Source of the DNA: Octopus sinensis
Taxonomy: Eukaryota
Direction of reading: 5' to 3'
Assembly: GCF_006345805.1 (NCBI RefSeq)
Contig: NC_043006.1
Location: 101,494,001-101,558,000, forward strand
DNA: 64,000 nucleotides
In this document: positions 1 to 13,209 of the stretch, piece by piece
Layout: each line of letters starts with the position of its first letter
Position numbering within the stretch: position 1 is the first letter of the stretch
The notes under the pieces: generated by a model
Databases searched by the model: none
What the model saw: only the letters and a program-made list of their open reading frames with translations
What the model was told of the DNA's origin: nothing
Made by a program: the position numbers and the translations under genes

Positions 1-417
1 ATTAATACTTTAGAGTTATGATTGAAATATGAACTAGTTTATGTTTGCGTTATTGGTGGGGAGAGTAAAAGTATTTATAATGTAAATAATGTTTACTGGA
101 GTGATAACAGCAGAAATATATTTTACTGACATTTGAACACAGAAACATGAGACATTATAATAAGAATTGGCTTGTTATATCATATCTCTTGTTAGGTTCA
201 CCGTTATCACTTCAATAAGCATTTAGTCTTTAAATCTAAACAGGTCTGGGTGAATTCTTTTATTATGTTATATTTGGCACTTATCTAAAGTTTCTGAATT
301 CCAGAGAGGGACTTATTTTCTAAAACCCACCGAGCTGAGATCTGTTTGGATCCAGACAGATTAAAGAGATTTGTTGCTCTGAAAATTATTGGAATCTGAT
401 GTTGGTATAATTATTGT

Positions 418-760
418 GTGAAGGCGCATGGCTCAGTGGTTAGAGCGTCAAGCTTACGATCATGAGGTTGTGAGCTCAAATCCCAGACTGGGCTGCGTGT
501 TGTGTTCTTGAGCAAGACACTTTATTTCACATTGCTCCAGTTCACTCAGCTGTAGAAATGAGTTGCAACATCACTGGTGCCAAGCTGTATCGGCCCCTTT
601 GCCTTTCCTTTGGATAACACTGGTGGTGTGGAGAGGGGATGCCGGTATGCATGGGCAACTGCTGGTCTTCCATAAGCAAACTTGCCCGGACTTGTGCCTG
701 GGAGGGTAACTTTTTAGGTGCAATCCTATGGTCTGTGTCATGACTGAAGGGGGTCTCAGA
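418..760 (+). mobile_element. tRNA-derived SINE, family B (full length, with TSD)
   Basis: Pol III A-box TGGCTCAGTGG at 429-439 and degenerate B-box (GAGCTCAAATCC). Colinear with the copy at 45314-45642. Flanked by 11-bp direct repeat ATAATTATTGT at 407-417 and 761-771. Confidence 0.9.
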
Positions 761-1521
761 ATAATTATTGTACAAACTGTCCAGTTTAAAACTCCTACTC
801 ATTTATATATGAGTATATGCAAGTGTGTGTGTGTGTGTGTGCAAGGGGTCTAAGGAAGTTTAATGTCTGTGTGTGTGTGTGTGTGTGCATGTAGATGTAT
901 GTGTGTGTACATTTGTTTCTTTGTTGCTCTGTTTGCATTATTTGTGTAGGTACTTATTTGAAATAATTGTTTTATAGTTGGATAATTTTCCTTTTGTTCA
1001 ATCATTACTTGTTTCATATGTAGAGGCTTTTTCCCCCCATAACTCTGAGAATGCAGAGCTACAGGGCATAACATCCACTTCAAATGCAGACACAACACCA
1101 TCAAACAATCTCATGTGAAAAGTAGAAATGATAACTTTTGCGCATGTATGTGCACGTACAGGAAGCCTTGCATGTAGTTTCTATCTAATAGTTATGCTTG
1201 CAAAGCATAGGAGAAGATACTTGTCCTTGGTGTCATGCAGTGGAGCCGAACCTAAAAGGATCTGGTTGTAAAGTGAATGTCTTAATCGCACTCCCATGCC
1301 AACACTTCTCTATCTGTATCATCTTCATCATCATCACTTTTACATCCATGCTTGCATCGATCAGATGGAATTCATCAAGGCACACTTTTATGTCCCTTCT
1401 TGTTGCTAGCTACCACCCGTTTCCCAAGTATGGTAATATTTATTCAGAAGATTGAAGATCAACTGTTATATGTTGTCTAGACAGAGATGCAAACAAACAC
1501 ACCTATGCACATGCATACATA

Positions 1522-1564
<43 letters not shown>

Positions 1565-1577
1565 GTGTGTGTGTGTG

Positions 1578-1943
1578 CATGAAGACACATAGCCTAGTGG
1601 TTAGGAGTTTGTACTCACAATTGTGAGATTGTGATTTCGACTCCTAGACTGGATGTTGTGTTATGTTCTTGAGCAAAATGCTTCATTTCATGTTGCTCTG
1701 TGATCATTTCGAGACCTAACACATGATACACTTGTGCACCTGCACAAACGATGTTGATTTGATGTATGGAATGTGCTTATGTGAACACAAACATTTGATC
1801 GTTATAAATAAGCCATTTGTGTGATTGTTCAGCAAGAATTGTGGAAACTACCTGTCATTTAATGATGGAAGAGTCCATAATGGCGGTGCCCCAGCATGGC
1901 CACAGCTCGTGAGCTGAAACTAGATAAAATAAAAAATAAAAAT

Positions 1944-1945
<2 letters not shown>
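1578..1945 (+). mobile_element. tRNA-derived SINE with family-B-like head and family-A-like tail
   Basis: First ~120 bp align to the head of 418-760. The 3' end (GGCGGTGCCCCAGCATGGCCACAGC...GAAACTAGATAAAA) aligns to the family A tail at 60740-60800. The central part differs from both. Confidence 0.7.
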
Positions 1946-1947
<2 letters not shown>

Positions 1948-2008
<61 letters not shown>

Positions 2009-2186
2009 GCGCACACACACGTGTGCACTATGGGCTTCTTTCAGTTTGCATCTATGAAATCCACCCATAAGGTTTTAGTTGGCACAGGTCTATAACAGAA
2101 GCCACTTGCCCATGGTGGCATGTAGTGGGATTGAACCTGAAGCCACATGGTTGGGAAGTGAGCTTCTTAAGCACACACCCATGCCT
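1948..2186 (-). mobile_element. SINE family A, 5' half (tRNA head to internal CA repeat)
   Basis: Reverse complement reads GGCATGGGTGTGTGCTTAAGAAGCTCACTTCCCAACCATGTGGCTTCAGGTTCAATCCCAC (B-box GGTTCAATCC). Aligns with 61597-62000 and ends in (CA)n. Confidence 0.8.
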
Positions 2187-4469
2187 ACCTCTATAGTATA
2201 TATGCATGTGTACACAAATATACATATACAAACACAAATTTCTCTCCCTAAGTGTGAAGCAAGAAAACAAATTAAACTAATTATAGTTTTGCATAAACTT
2301 TTTACAGTTATTTTGTTTTCTGTACCGTTTTATTTCCTGACAAACTGATTTTATTTCCTTTGTTTTGTATCAAGCAACAACAATCTTATAAATAGTAAAA
2401 TAGAAGCAACACCAGCATCTTGTTTTCAATTTGATATTTGCCCTGCAGGTGTCTACATAAGCTATCTAAACTAGTTTAACATATTCCTGTATTTCTTAGA
2501 GTGTTTCTCAGGGGAAAGAATTTATCTAAAATATGATTTTTCTCTTTGTTTGCATCAATTTTTCTGTTTTTTCAACCATTAATTATAAATCTTGTTTTGT
2601 TTTGTTATTAATATTTTATGTAGTCATTAGTCCTTGTCAACTAACAGTAAGCTAAGTCATTCTTGTGATACAAGAAAAGACGATAATTTAATAAAAAGAA
2701 AATAACTTGTTATAAGCAACACTGAAATAATGAAACAAAACAACCAAAAAAATACAAAACAAGAAAAATTGGTTTGCCTGTTTTTCATAAAATTTATTCA
2801 CGAATCAGTAATGTTTGATAAGTTCCAAAATCCATCAGTGATTGAATATTTAGAGAGAGAGAGGAATACAGGTAGATACATACATATATGTAGACATGCA
2901 TGCTCATTATTTCTTTTTTTCTCTTTCTCTCGAATGGGAGAGGCAGTCAGGTAAACATAAAAGATAAAAGACACACACACACACACACAACTAATCACTT
3001 TTATGCTACCTTTATCTCTGTCTTTTATTTCCTCTATATGTGAGAGATGCACATATATCAACATTACTTCTTTGCAAACCCTTCCCAACTCCTCCCAATT
3101 TCTTTCATTCTGCTTTTATCTCCTTCCTCTATATTTCACCTGTTCTTCTTCTCTTTCTACTGCTCTTACTGAGGGGATGAAGACACACATTCATATAATC
3201 TCTTATCTATTGCAAAACATATGCACACACACATACATGCACATACATACATACATACATATATATACGTGTGTGTGTAGCTATATCCATTTATTCATGA
3301 GTGTTACAAGTTTGTTTGCCTATAGAAAAGATTTGATATTAGCTACTATCTATTGCTGCAAACCGAAACATAACACTCTATCTCTCCCTCATCACCCCTC
3401 TTTTTTCTCTCACAGAAGTCATCATTGACAACTAAATAGTTTATACAAAATGTATGATAAGGAATTTTAGCTCATCAAAGTTAATAATGAACTTCTTAAT
3501 AGTTTTATACTAATCAAGTTTACTATAGGACTTTTATCACATAAAAGCGTTCTTAACACTCTTTCTTAGATTTTTAGCACTTGAATCTCAGTGACATTTC
3601 CTATTTAGTAGACATATTAGCACGTTCTTGGTGCCAGACGCTCAGCTTTTTTACAATAAAAGAAATGGTCGATAATTGTAGATTATCAAAACTGTTTGAA
3701 CATTGTTAAATAGTCTCAGGTTCAAACCTTAGCCTTTTGAATGAGTTATACTAACCTTGCACCATCAGTCTTGCATTCTCACTATGTTGTGGTTTTGTCT
3801 GCTATGTGACCTTGCTATATGTTCTTTTACACATCTTGTATTTATGATGTGTGCTGTGCAGAACCCAGAGTATTTTACATCTGTCTTGTCATTCTGTCTT
3901 ATTGTGTAATGTTATTGTTTAGTCTTAGGTTAGACCAGATTAAGTAGACCTTTGATCAGACATTCATGTCATGACCAACTTGTCTGTTTTTGATATTTCT
4001 CATATTATCTGATGTGTCCTTTCCTTTTCAACATGTTAACCACCACAACCTGTTGTGTGAATTTTGTGATCAAACCACCAGTGGTAGATGTTGTAGTTAA
4101 CATGTTAAAGACATTAGAGTATATGATCTGACTGCTATTTTTAGCAAGTTAAATTAGCATTTAGTGGACACTAATTGCTTTTGTTTGAAGCATAAAATGC
4201 AGGCCTTTGTGAAGTTGAATAAGAGAATGAAAAAAAATTATAATATCTGTACATTTTACAAAAAGAAACTGCTCTCTGTATATATTGAAATATTTGGTTC
4301 TTTTTTAGAAGGTGAAGTTACTCAATAGAGAGACTCTATTGAGTTACTATCAGCAAACTGTACTATCAGCAAACTGTACTCTCAGCAAATGCACTAAGCA
4401 AAAACTTTTAGGGACCCTGGTCTGGTCCATAGCATTGTTGGTTGTGAATCATAAATCCTAAGCATAAAA

Positions 4470-4815
4470 TGACAGTGCATTTGAGATGACATTCTGCAGG
4501 CAAGTGCTGTAGATCAGTTGGGCAACTCATTGAAAAGTCCTCCTGGAGGAGGTGGGTAAAAAAGAAAACTTGGTGAAGATAGTTATATGGCTTATGTCAT
4601 CAGCACCCAGAACCTTTGTGCTTATATCTTCAGGGGCTGGGTGGACAGCGAACATTCTCATGGGGGAGAAAGGCAAAGACGGAGTAATGACATCAAGAAC
4701 CAAATAGAGGGGACTCTGGTAAAGTATATAGCTGCAACATAAGACTACAGCATATGATGATGAGTGGTGGTCATGTCTGGGGCCAGTGACTTTCAGCTGT
4801 GAGGATGAGTACATT
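4470..4815 (+). mobile_element. Degenerate RTE-clade LINE, ORF2 C-terminal fragment
   Basis: Translation AFEMTFCRQVL*ISWATH..KRKL..YMAYVISTQNLCAYIFRGWVDSEHSHGGERQRRSNDIK resembles the RTE C-terminus (FEMxCxRRxLRISW; GxVxGxRxRGRxRxRWxDxIK). Contains stops and frameshifts. Confidence 0.55.
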
Positions 4816-5239
4816 CATTCTTTTATGCAGACTTCTACAGTATTAACAGTGCCACTTACTATGAACATTCAATCCATAGAAATTAATTTGCAATACATGT
4901 TTTTGTTTTGTTATTATAACTGAGAAGGTCAATCAATGTCCAATTTTTGCGTCTACCATCATCATGAGAAAGAGGAAGATTATTGTAAATACTGTCAAGT
5001 ACTGAAGTCTAAGTTGGTGAATATTTGGTTGTGTCATATTCTTACAGAATCTCCTGAACAAGATTACCCAGATAGTCGTATTCCTCTCGATAAAACCATA
5101 AAACTTGCTGTCTCTTGTTTCTGCTTCCATGTTGTACATCATCCCTTCTTGACCACCTTATCCCTTCTTGACCACATCATCCCTTCTTGACCAGCTTTCA
5201 TCACTTGCACATAGTAATAAAGTGAAAAAAAAACATGCA

Positions 5240-5426
5240 ACCCTCCCCTCCCATTTATTTCAATCCAAGAAGACACCAGTGCTCTATTGATACTCATTCT
5301 ATCAACCCCTGAAAGGATGAAAGGGAAAGTTGATCTCGGCAGGTTTTGAAATCAGAATGTATAGATGTTCAAAATGCCGCTAAGCAATTTGCCCAACATG
5401 CTAGCGATTCTGCCAGCTTCACTGCC
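5240..5426 (-). mobile_element. SINE family C (degenerate)
   Basis: Aligns in reverse to the well-preserved copy 24577-24806 (GAAAGGATGAAAGG.AAAGTTGA.CTCGGC core; TGCTAGCGATTCTGCCAGCT head). Confidence 0.75.
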
Positions 5427-5824
5427 CTACTGCAAAGTATAATATTAAAAATAAGAATAATGGCATATAGCCCTCATTATCCACAATGCGGTCACACATT
5501 ATTGTTAACCATTCCCATGGTACGCATTCATCATAACCTTTCAAACTACTGTAAAATCTTCTCAATTCCAACTTGAAACAATTGTGAACTACCACATATC
5601 CATTATTCTTTCTCTGTAAACTACTAGACTGATTTCTGCAGAGCCAAGTCTATCAGAAAATTGCTATTGTCATTCACCAGTAATTTCTTGCTCCTGAAAA
5701 GCAGTGTTTTTATCCATAAATGTTATCAGAGGTTTTAGCTCTCTCTAACACAAAGCTGCCAACATAGAAATCCTACAAATCTCTACATTTTAATAGAGCA
5801 GTTTAATTCAAATGATTAAGTCTC

Positions 5825-6060
5825 TCTTTCAATTCCATTTTTCTGTTGTAATTCACTTGATTTATTTGAATTAATTTTGAAAATAACAAAGAATCTAGTT
5901 AAATAACTTTGTCATTATTTAAGCTGATGTTTGGAACAGATTAACTAGATATGTGATGGAGGAAAGTTTTGATGTAGACCACTTTTAAGCTAAGTTTTAA
6001 ATTCAAGTAAGTTTATATTATTGAATCAATAGTAAGCAGATTGGTCTCAAAAGGATTAAT
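5825..6060. mobile_element. piggyBac-type MITE family 2 (degenerate)
   Basis: Internal sequence colinear with 46643-46863 and 55515-55736. Right end GGTCTCAAAAGGATTAA; left TIR eroded. Confidence 0.55.
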
Positions 6061-6781
6061 GTCTATGGGGCTCTCTCTGACCCTGATTTTAACGATTCTG
6101 ATTAACGATGTTGTCTCTTCCACCAATTCTCATTTCTGAGCATATGATACCATTCTTAACTCCCTCTTAAGCTTCTGCATGCAGTTGTTTTCCAATTGTA
6201 ACATTGATGCACCTTGCCAGATTCACACTGTTTTGATGAATAGAGACACTGGAAAGATTCTTAGAAATAAACATGACAACATGGTATCTTACAAAAATTT
6301 TATTACTTATATCATAGAAGTAAAAATAAAACAAAAAAAAACAGTCTTGCTCTACACCCTGTTTGCATCTGAACATCTCACAGCTTGAACACTCGAACAT
6401 ACTATAAATCTAGGATACACAATCCCAGATTCATTTTTCATAGCAACCGTAATTCTATAAAAGTGAAGCTTAAGTTTAGGTTTCATTTTCTGAACAAGAA
6501 AATACTTCAACACTGTTCGCTTAAACCTGAATGTAATCATTGTATGTGTTGATATTGATCAACACCCACAGTTACAGCCAAACAATATTGATAGTTTCCT
6601 TCATGCTGATTCCACCAACCAACTAACTAACCAACAAACAACAATTACTATCTCATAGACACACTGTTTTTTCTCTCAGTATTTTCTATGCTTCTACAGT
6701 AACTTTTATTTCTCTGAACTAGTAAGCTATGTACTATATCTTCTTCAACACACGATGCATCCGTCTCGCCTCATATTGCCA

Positions 6782-7230
6782 CTTGTTTTATCTCTAAACA
6801 TCATCATCATTTAGTATCTGTTTACTATGCTGGCATGGGTTGGACAGCTTGACAGGAACTGTTAAGGCCAAGGACTACACCAGGTTCCATATTCTGTTTT
6901 GGCTTGTTTTCTACAGTTGGATGCCCTTCCTAATACCAACCACACCACAAAATGTACTGTGATTTTTATGTGGAAACATCACAGGTGCTTTTTAAGTGGC
7001 ACCTGGACAAGTGCTTTTTACATAGCACCTTGGTTTTAGGATCTCAATTCTCATGTGGTGGGTGGGTCTTCTGAAATGCAGCAATGTGCCGCATATCTCA
7101 ATCCTCTGTCATCTCCTTTGTAAAGTTCAGCATTTTGAGATCACTATATTACATATTTCCTTAAAAATTCTTTCTTAGGACCATTACCATCTGCAACTTG
7201 CACAGGCTTCATTTTCCCCTACAATTATTT
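6782..7230 (-). mobile_element. RTE LINE 3' UTR/tail fragment
   Basis: Starts with (CAT)n, the reverse of the (GAT)n tail, and contains CATGCTGGCATGGGTTGGACAG and CTACAG.TGGATGCCCTTCCTAA, shared with the 3' UTR at 43910-44381. Confidence 0.75.
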
Positions 7231-7497
7231 ATCAAATTATATTCAAACTGTTATGGGAGTGTCTTGAACAGCCCCACATGACTGAAGGTGGACTGATTAC
7301 AATAAATAAGGACTGAGTGAACTATCAAGGAGTAGTTGACAGTGTTAGTTAGACCATGTTGGTCAACTGTGTTAGTTCGACAGTTGGTAGATGAACAATG
7401 AAAACTGAATATTGTACCTATGTTCAAGTAGTAGAGAGCATTCCGTGTTAACATATATTTCTGCAATAGGTTATTTTTAGATAACCACTACCAACTA

Positions 7498-7638
7498 TTA
7501 GGTTGTCCCAAAAGTTCATAAACACTTGTGAAAATTGAATTTTTACTCGCCAAGTACTAACAAAAACAACAAAAATTATTCCTCAAAATAAAGACCATTA
7601 TTTTCCAAGACTTTCTACGAACTTTTGGGACAACCTTA
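7498..7638. mobile_element. Mariner/Tc1-type MITE (141 bp)
   Basis: TIRs TTAGGTTGTCCCAAAAGTTC / GAACTTTTGGGACAACCTTA (19/20 complementary), flanked by TA at 7496-7497 and 7639-7640. Confidence 0.85.
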
Positions 7639-8239
7639 TATTTTTTTGTGTAATACCATTTTATGTCAGATGTGTATACCCACATCATAGCACAAACTAA
7701 ATACCAACTGCATATGTATTGTATGGCAGTAAGTGCTTGTAAAGTTTGAGTACTTCTCTTTCTCCTTGAAATACATAAAGGAATTTAAAAAAAACGTGGT
7801 CTTGTATTACAAGATCTAAACTCTTAACTGTGTTATTATTGATCTGGCACAGGATGGTGGATTGGCAAAAGTCTTCATTCTATTTCTTTCAGTTCTTTAC
7901 ATTCTAAGTTCAAACCCTGCTGAGGTCAACTTTGCCTTTAAGCCTCTGGGAATCATCTAACTGCTCCCCTGCATCCTTAGCCTGCAAATTCCCTCATTAT
8001 AAATCAATATTGAATAAGTAATGGATGAGCATCGCAGTCTTTTTCATCAAACATTTTCATGGTACCTCAATCTTGCAAGAGAGTGTAAATTTTTCAGTTA
8101 CAAAATGTATGGGTGCATATTATGAAGCAAAGCAGTGATTGTAAGAAACAGTAACCCTATAAGCCAAATTGTTATGTCATGTCCTTCCAGAAACCATTTG
8201 AAATGGTTAATATTCTATGCTCATTCTGCTGTTTGTTTG

Positions 8240-8462
8240 TTTGTTTACCATTCGGATTACTGTCAAACGTGATGCTCATTTATTCACATTGTTTTGAATG
8301 TGAATAAAGCATGCATTATCTCATAGCTTGAAGATTTCAATGATGTGATTGTTTATTTTAAGAATGATGTTGTGGGGTAAGTGTGAGGGGCTGGATCTAA
8401 CCAGTTTCAACATAAAACAGATGGAATATTTTGGCTAGATATAGCTGGTTTAAATGCTAACT
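8240..8462. mobile_element. piggyBac-type MITE family 1 (degenerate)
   Basis: Internal sequence colinear with 9423-9642 and 14440-14637. TIRs eroded. Confidence 0.6.
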
Positions 8463-8697
8463 TTTATATTTGAAAAATATCTTAAACTAATGGTTACTAG
8501 TAGAGTAAAATAATGCAACTGATTTCTTGTTATTTCCTTTAACTGTGGATGTAACTGTGAGTGTACAACTTTTGATTAGATTGAAGTATGTCTCGTATAT
8601 ATGCATGAGTATGAATGTAGTAGGATCAAATTATTCCACACGTGGTGTACAATTGATTTAGTAAAGCATAAGTTATAGACCTAAACACTATATTTTT

Positions 8698-9113
8698 ATT
8701 CTTTTACTTGTTTCAGGGTTTTCTAGTCAAAGAAATTGACCCCAAGACTTATTCTTTGTAAGCCTAGTATTTATTCTATTGACTCTTTTGCCAAACTGCT
8801 AAGTTACAAGGACTTAAACACACCAACATTGGTTGTCAAACGATGGTGGGGGACGAATACTGACACGCACATAAATACACACACACACACATTATACACA
8901 CACACACATTATACACACACACACATTATATACACACACACACACACACACACAAAACATGCTTCTTTCAGTTTCCATCTACCAAATCCACTCTCAAAAC
9001 TTTGGTGTGCCTGAAGCTATAGTAGAAGATACTTGCTGAAAGTGCCACACAGTGGGGCTGAACCCAGAACCATGTGTTTGGGAAGCAAGCTTCTTATCAC
9101 ACAGCCACTCACG
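8698..9113 (-). mobile_element. SINE family A
   Basis: Colinear with 61597-62000: tail TCTTTTACTTGTTTCAG, internal (CA)n, head CCCAGAACCATGTG..TGGGAAGCAAGCTTCTTA.CACACAGCCAC. Confidence 0.85.
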
Positions 9114-9422
9114 TGTGCATACAAAGGTGTAATATATTAAACTGATATCTCTGTATGCATACAAACACATGCATATCATAATTAGTTTCTTGATATAACA
9201 CACCTTCTCATATACTATTTCGTGTTAATCTGTTTGGAGCATTTTCTATAGATTTATTGCTTGTGATACAATAATAATAATAATGATAATAATAATAATA
9301 ATATGATGATGGCATACAAAATATATAAATTATATCAATCAATGAGAATTTGTTGCACTTCTTTTTTTTCTTCTAAAGATTTCTCAGGTGTTGTAAGTAA
9401 TAGGGTTTTTTATCTTCATTAA

Positions 9423-9642
9423 CCCTTTAGTGTTCACATTATTCTACCCAAATTAATGCTTTTTCATCCTTGTTGTTTTGAACTAATCATGCATTATCTT
9501 GAAGCTATGAGATTTTGATGAGGTAGCTGTTAATTTTTAAAACGATAGTGTAGGGTTGGTGTGAGAGACCAGATCTGGCCAGTTTGAACATAAAACAGAC
9601 GAATACTTTTGGCCGGATATGGCCGGTTTAAATGCTAAAGGG
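9423..9642. mobile_element. piggyBac-type MITE family 1 (220 bp, intact ends)
   Basis: TTAA at 9419-9422 and 9643-9646. TIRs CCCTTTAGTGTT / AATGCTAAAGGG. Confidence 0.9.
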
Positions 9643-9947
9643 TTAATTTTTTTTTCCCGTTCAGTAATTTCACTTTCCATGTTGCTTTATTTGGAAGCAG
9701 GCCTCAGCATGAAAATATTGAGGGAGACAGAACTTACATCAACCTCTCAATATAGCTACTAATGTTTACATCTTAGTCATTAATGGCAGTAAATAAATAT
9801 ATAGTATTTATTAGTAATAACTATATATAGTAGTCATTAGTAATAATATTCTCCTTTTATTTCTGTTTACGAGTAACCCTGTGATATGTGATTGAGTAAT
9901 TGAGAAGTCATGTCTTTAATCCTTTCCAAAGAGTAAAATCCTTCTTG

Positions 9948-10040
9948 TCGTGAATGACCCTGGGATTGCACCTAGAAAGTAACCCTCTGAGGCACAAGTC
10001 CGGGCGAAGTTGTTTATGGAAGGCCAGCAGTTGCCCATGC
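9948..10040 (-). mobile_element. SINE family B 3' fragment
   Basis: Reverse complement of the 650-745 segment of the first SINE (GGATTGCACCTAGAAAGT.ACCCTC..GGCACAAGTCCGGGC). Confidence 0.75.
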
Positions 10041-10049
10041 CTTGTGGTT

Positions 10050-10215
10050 CTTCACTTCTAGTTCTTTACTGTCTGGGTTCAAATCCTGTCAAGGTCAACT
10101 TTGCCTTTCCTCCTTTCAGCTCAATAAATAAAGACCAGTCAAGGGATCAATATAATCAATGAACCATCCCCCTCGAATCTCTGGCCTTGTACCTATGTTA
10201 GAAACAATTACTGTT
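10050..10215 (+). mobile_element. SINE family C fragment
   Basis: GGGTTCAAATCCTGTCAAGGTCAACTTTGCCTTTC core aligns to 24577-24806. A similar fragment lies at about 7855-7945. Confidence 0.65.
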
Positions 10216-11439
10216 CTGTATTTGAAAGAAACAAAAGCAAGATGTAACATTAATTTTGTAGCAGACCTGGTCTGCCAGTAATGTGCTGAACAAAAATTAG
10301 TTCTGTGTACTACAAGACTATGTTGCTGCAAACACGTGTAGCTGCAATTTTCTTTTTTTTCTTTTCCATCGCTCTCTCTCTCTCTCTGTTTTTTATGTAG
10401 GAGTCCTTGTGTATTTTCGAATGTGTAAAACTGTAGGGAATTGGTGTAAAGGTGATAGTTCTAGAAAAACAAAAAGGAAAATGAAAAAAATTACAACATC
10501 ACTGACCCTAGTTGCAATGGGTGTTCTATTAATTGATCCTGATAAAGCATCATAATGTCACATACATAACTAATATAATTAGAATGGTCGATGGTGTTTC
10601 GTGTGTTATATAGATGTTTGTTTGATTGCGTTCACGTGAGTATATGGATGTACAGTTTCATACACTGACACACAAGCTAGCACATATGAGCATTTGTGCT
10701 AGATTTTATATATGTGGTTATTCATGGTTACACATAGACACGTTGTGTGTCTGTACTATATTTGTATAAACATGAGTCTGTGTGTATATGTGTGGATACA
10801 TATATATGTATGTGTGCATATATAAATGTATGGGTATGTACATGTGTATGCATTTGTGTGTACGCACGTACGCACACATGTATCATCTGAGTGTGTACTA
10901 TATTTGTACTAACTTGAATCTGCATATGTGTGTGGATATGTTTACGTATTTATGTACATCTATATGTGCATATATAAATATATAGGTATGTACATGTATG
11001 TGTATTTGTATGTATGTGTATATATAAGTGCGTGTGTGTGTATATATAAGTGCGTGTGTGTGTGTGTATACATTAATCCCTGACCGTCTATCTGTAACCA
11101 CCTGTGACTCTCCCCTCACACTTCTGTGAACTTAACCAGCTACACCTCACCATCCTCATTATGCATTCTTTCTTTCTTATATTCATCTTCTTGTACCATG
11201 ACAGTGTGCTCTGACTCCTTGTTATCCCTATTCTCTTCCAGCTAGTGTCACACACTCTGATGTAATGCAAGATAGACATGCATGTCTTCCATAGTAAGAT
11301 GCTTGTATCTATGTCTTCTATCATACATTAACTTCTCAGCACCAGGCATAAAACCACTTCCTCTGCTTCCACTACAACCACACTTAATTGAGAGGGCTTC
11401 CTCTTCTTTACTTGGTGATATCATTCATTCCTGTGCCAC

Positions 11440-11580
11440 AAAAAGAGAGTCCAGTACATTCTGTAAAGTGGTTTGTGCTTGACCTCCTAGGTTGTAATTC
11501 CAAATAATCTCTGACTAAGACAACAATGACCTGTCCAACCCATGCCAGCTTAGATAACAGATATTGAATGATAATGACGG
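11440..11580 (+). mobile_element. RTE LINE 3' tail fragment
   Basis: CTGTCCAACCCATGCCAGC followed by a degenerate GAT-type tail, as at 44330-44381. Confidence 0.55.
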
Positions 11581-11639
11581 TGAAGGTGATGTGAGACCTT
11601 TTGATACCCACCTGACTGAGATTATCCTTGATCTTATGA

Positions 11640-11805
11640 TACAAACTTCCTGTTTTAAAACGAGCTAAATTAAAGATTTAAAGTGCATGTTAATTTATGT
11701 TCCAAACAACAATTAATAATTACTATAGTTTTCTAAATTGTTCATTATTTTTATAATTAATTGCAACAAAGGCAGTGATTTCCACAAAAATATGGTGACA
11801 AGAGA
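11640..11805. mobile_element. piggyBac-type MITE family 2 fragment (inverted relative to 46643)
   Basis: Reverse complement aligns to the internal part of 46643-46863 and 55515-55736. Confidence 0.5.
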
Positions 11806-12437
11806 GAACGTGTATGTAATTAAAGATTACATTAAAACACAAGTAGGCATTTTTGAATTTATAGTTTTGTTTAAGTTAAGAATTTAATGGGAAACCTTTC
11901 TCTCCTGCTATGTATTTCTTTCAGTATAGTTTTTTTTTTTATTGGCATTGAGTCTTTTGTTCCACCAAAATCCAATAGGATGTTATTTAAAGTATTAATG
12001 CCATCTGGTTGAACTAAATCATTCTTCTCATATCTATAGGACCCTCTTCAATGTCTTTGTTAATGGGAAATTCTTTATATTTTACTAGTCTTTATTTGTT
12101 GTTATTGTTGATGATATAAAAGATACAACAAGCAAAGTAGTTGAGTTAATAGAATTGTGGAGGATTGGAATTGGCTCAAGAAAAATAACTCTAGAAGGAA
12201 TATATTTTTGTTAAATTTGATACCTCATATCCCATTGTCAAATGTGGTCATTGTCAGTATTTAGTCCTTGATCCTTACCAAGCAGATTTGCCACCAAAAC
12301 TAGTCTAGCCATGCCAATCGTGTCTTTTCATAAAGAGTTAAATTATCAAATATTTTTTTACACAAAATAAAAGGGGGTTCTTTTTGCAAAAAAAAAAAGT
12401 TGTATTTTTTGTTTTATTTTTTGAGTGATTTGCCTAG

Positions 12438-12745
12438 AACTGTAGGGAATTGGTGTAAAGGTGATAGTTCTAGAAAAACATAAAGGAAAAAACATAAAGG
12501 AAAAAAATTACAACATCCATAGTAAGATGCTTGTACCTATGTCTTCTATCATACTTTAACTTTCGTGTGTTATGTAGATGCTTGTTTGATTGTGTTTACG
12601 TGAGTATATGGATGTACAGTTTCACACAAGCTAGCACATATGAGCATTTGTGTTAGATTTTATATATGTGGTTATTCATGGTTACACATAGACACGTTGT
12701 GTGTCTCTACTATATTTGTATAAACATGAGTCTGTGTGTATATGT
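12438..12745 (+). repeat. Scrambled local duplication: mosaic of 10429-10500, 11288-11334 and 10597-10791
   Basis: Direct comparison shows three near-identical blocks joined out of order: 12438-12517, 12516-12562 and 12561-12745. Confidence 0.9.
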
Positions 12746-13209
12746 ACGTTTTTCTCAAAAATGCTAAGAGTAAAAGATTTTTTATATGACACATTCTACC
12801 AGTGTCTGAAGTTTGAAAGTGTTTAGTTACAAAAAATTATTTTTTAAATCTGTAGGTCAAAAGGTAAAGATCCCTGATATTTATTCCCTCACTTCTTTTT
12901 GCTGAACTGTCAAGTTACAGAGAAGCAAACAAACCAACTGTCAATTGGTAGGGCGAGAAGCACATACATAAGGATAAACTCTTGCATGTCTACATACACA
13001 GATGACAGGCTTCTTCACATTATCGTCTACCGAATTTACTCACAAGGCACTAGTTAGCCAGGTGCTATATTAGAAGACAACAGTTGCCCAAAGTGCTGCA
13101 CAGTGGATGGAAACCAGAGGTGCAAGGCACCACAACTGGTTCTGCTTTTGGAAACCATTGGTGATGCAGAATGCTTTCAAAGCCATACTTACATATATCT
13201 TTTATTTTA

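Noticed and set aside
421-495. tRNA gene (also at 45314, 24577, 60497 and 61930-62000)
   Set aside because: A/B boxes are present but the cloverleaf stems are broken and the heads run into shared SINE bodies; these are SINE heads.
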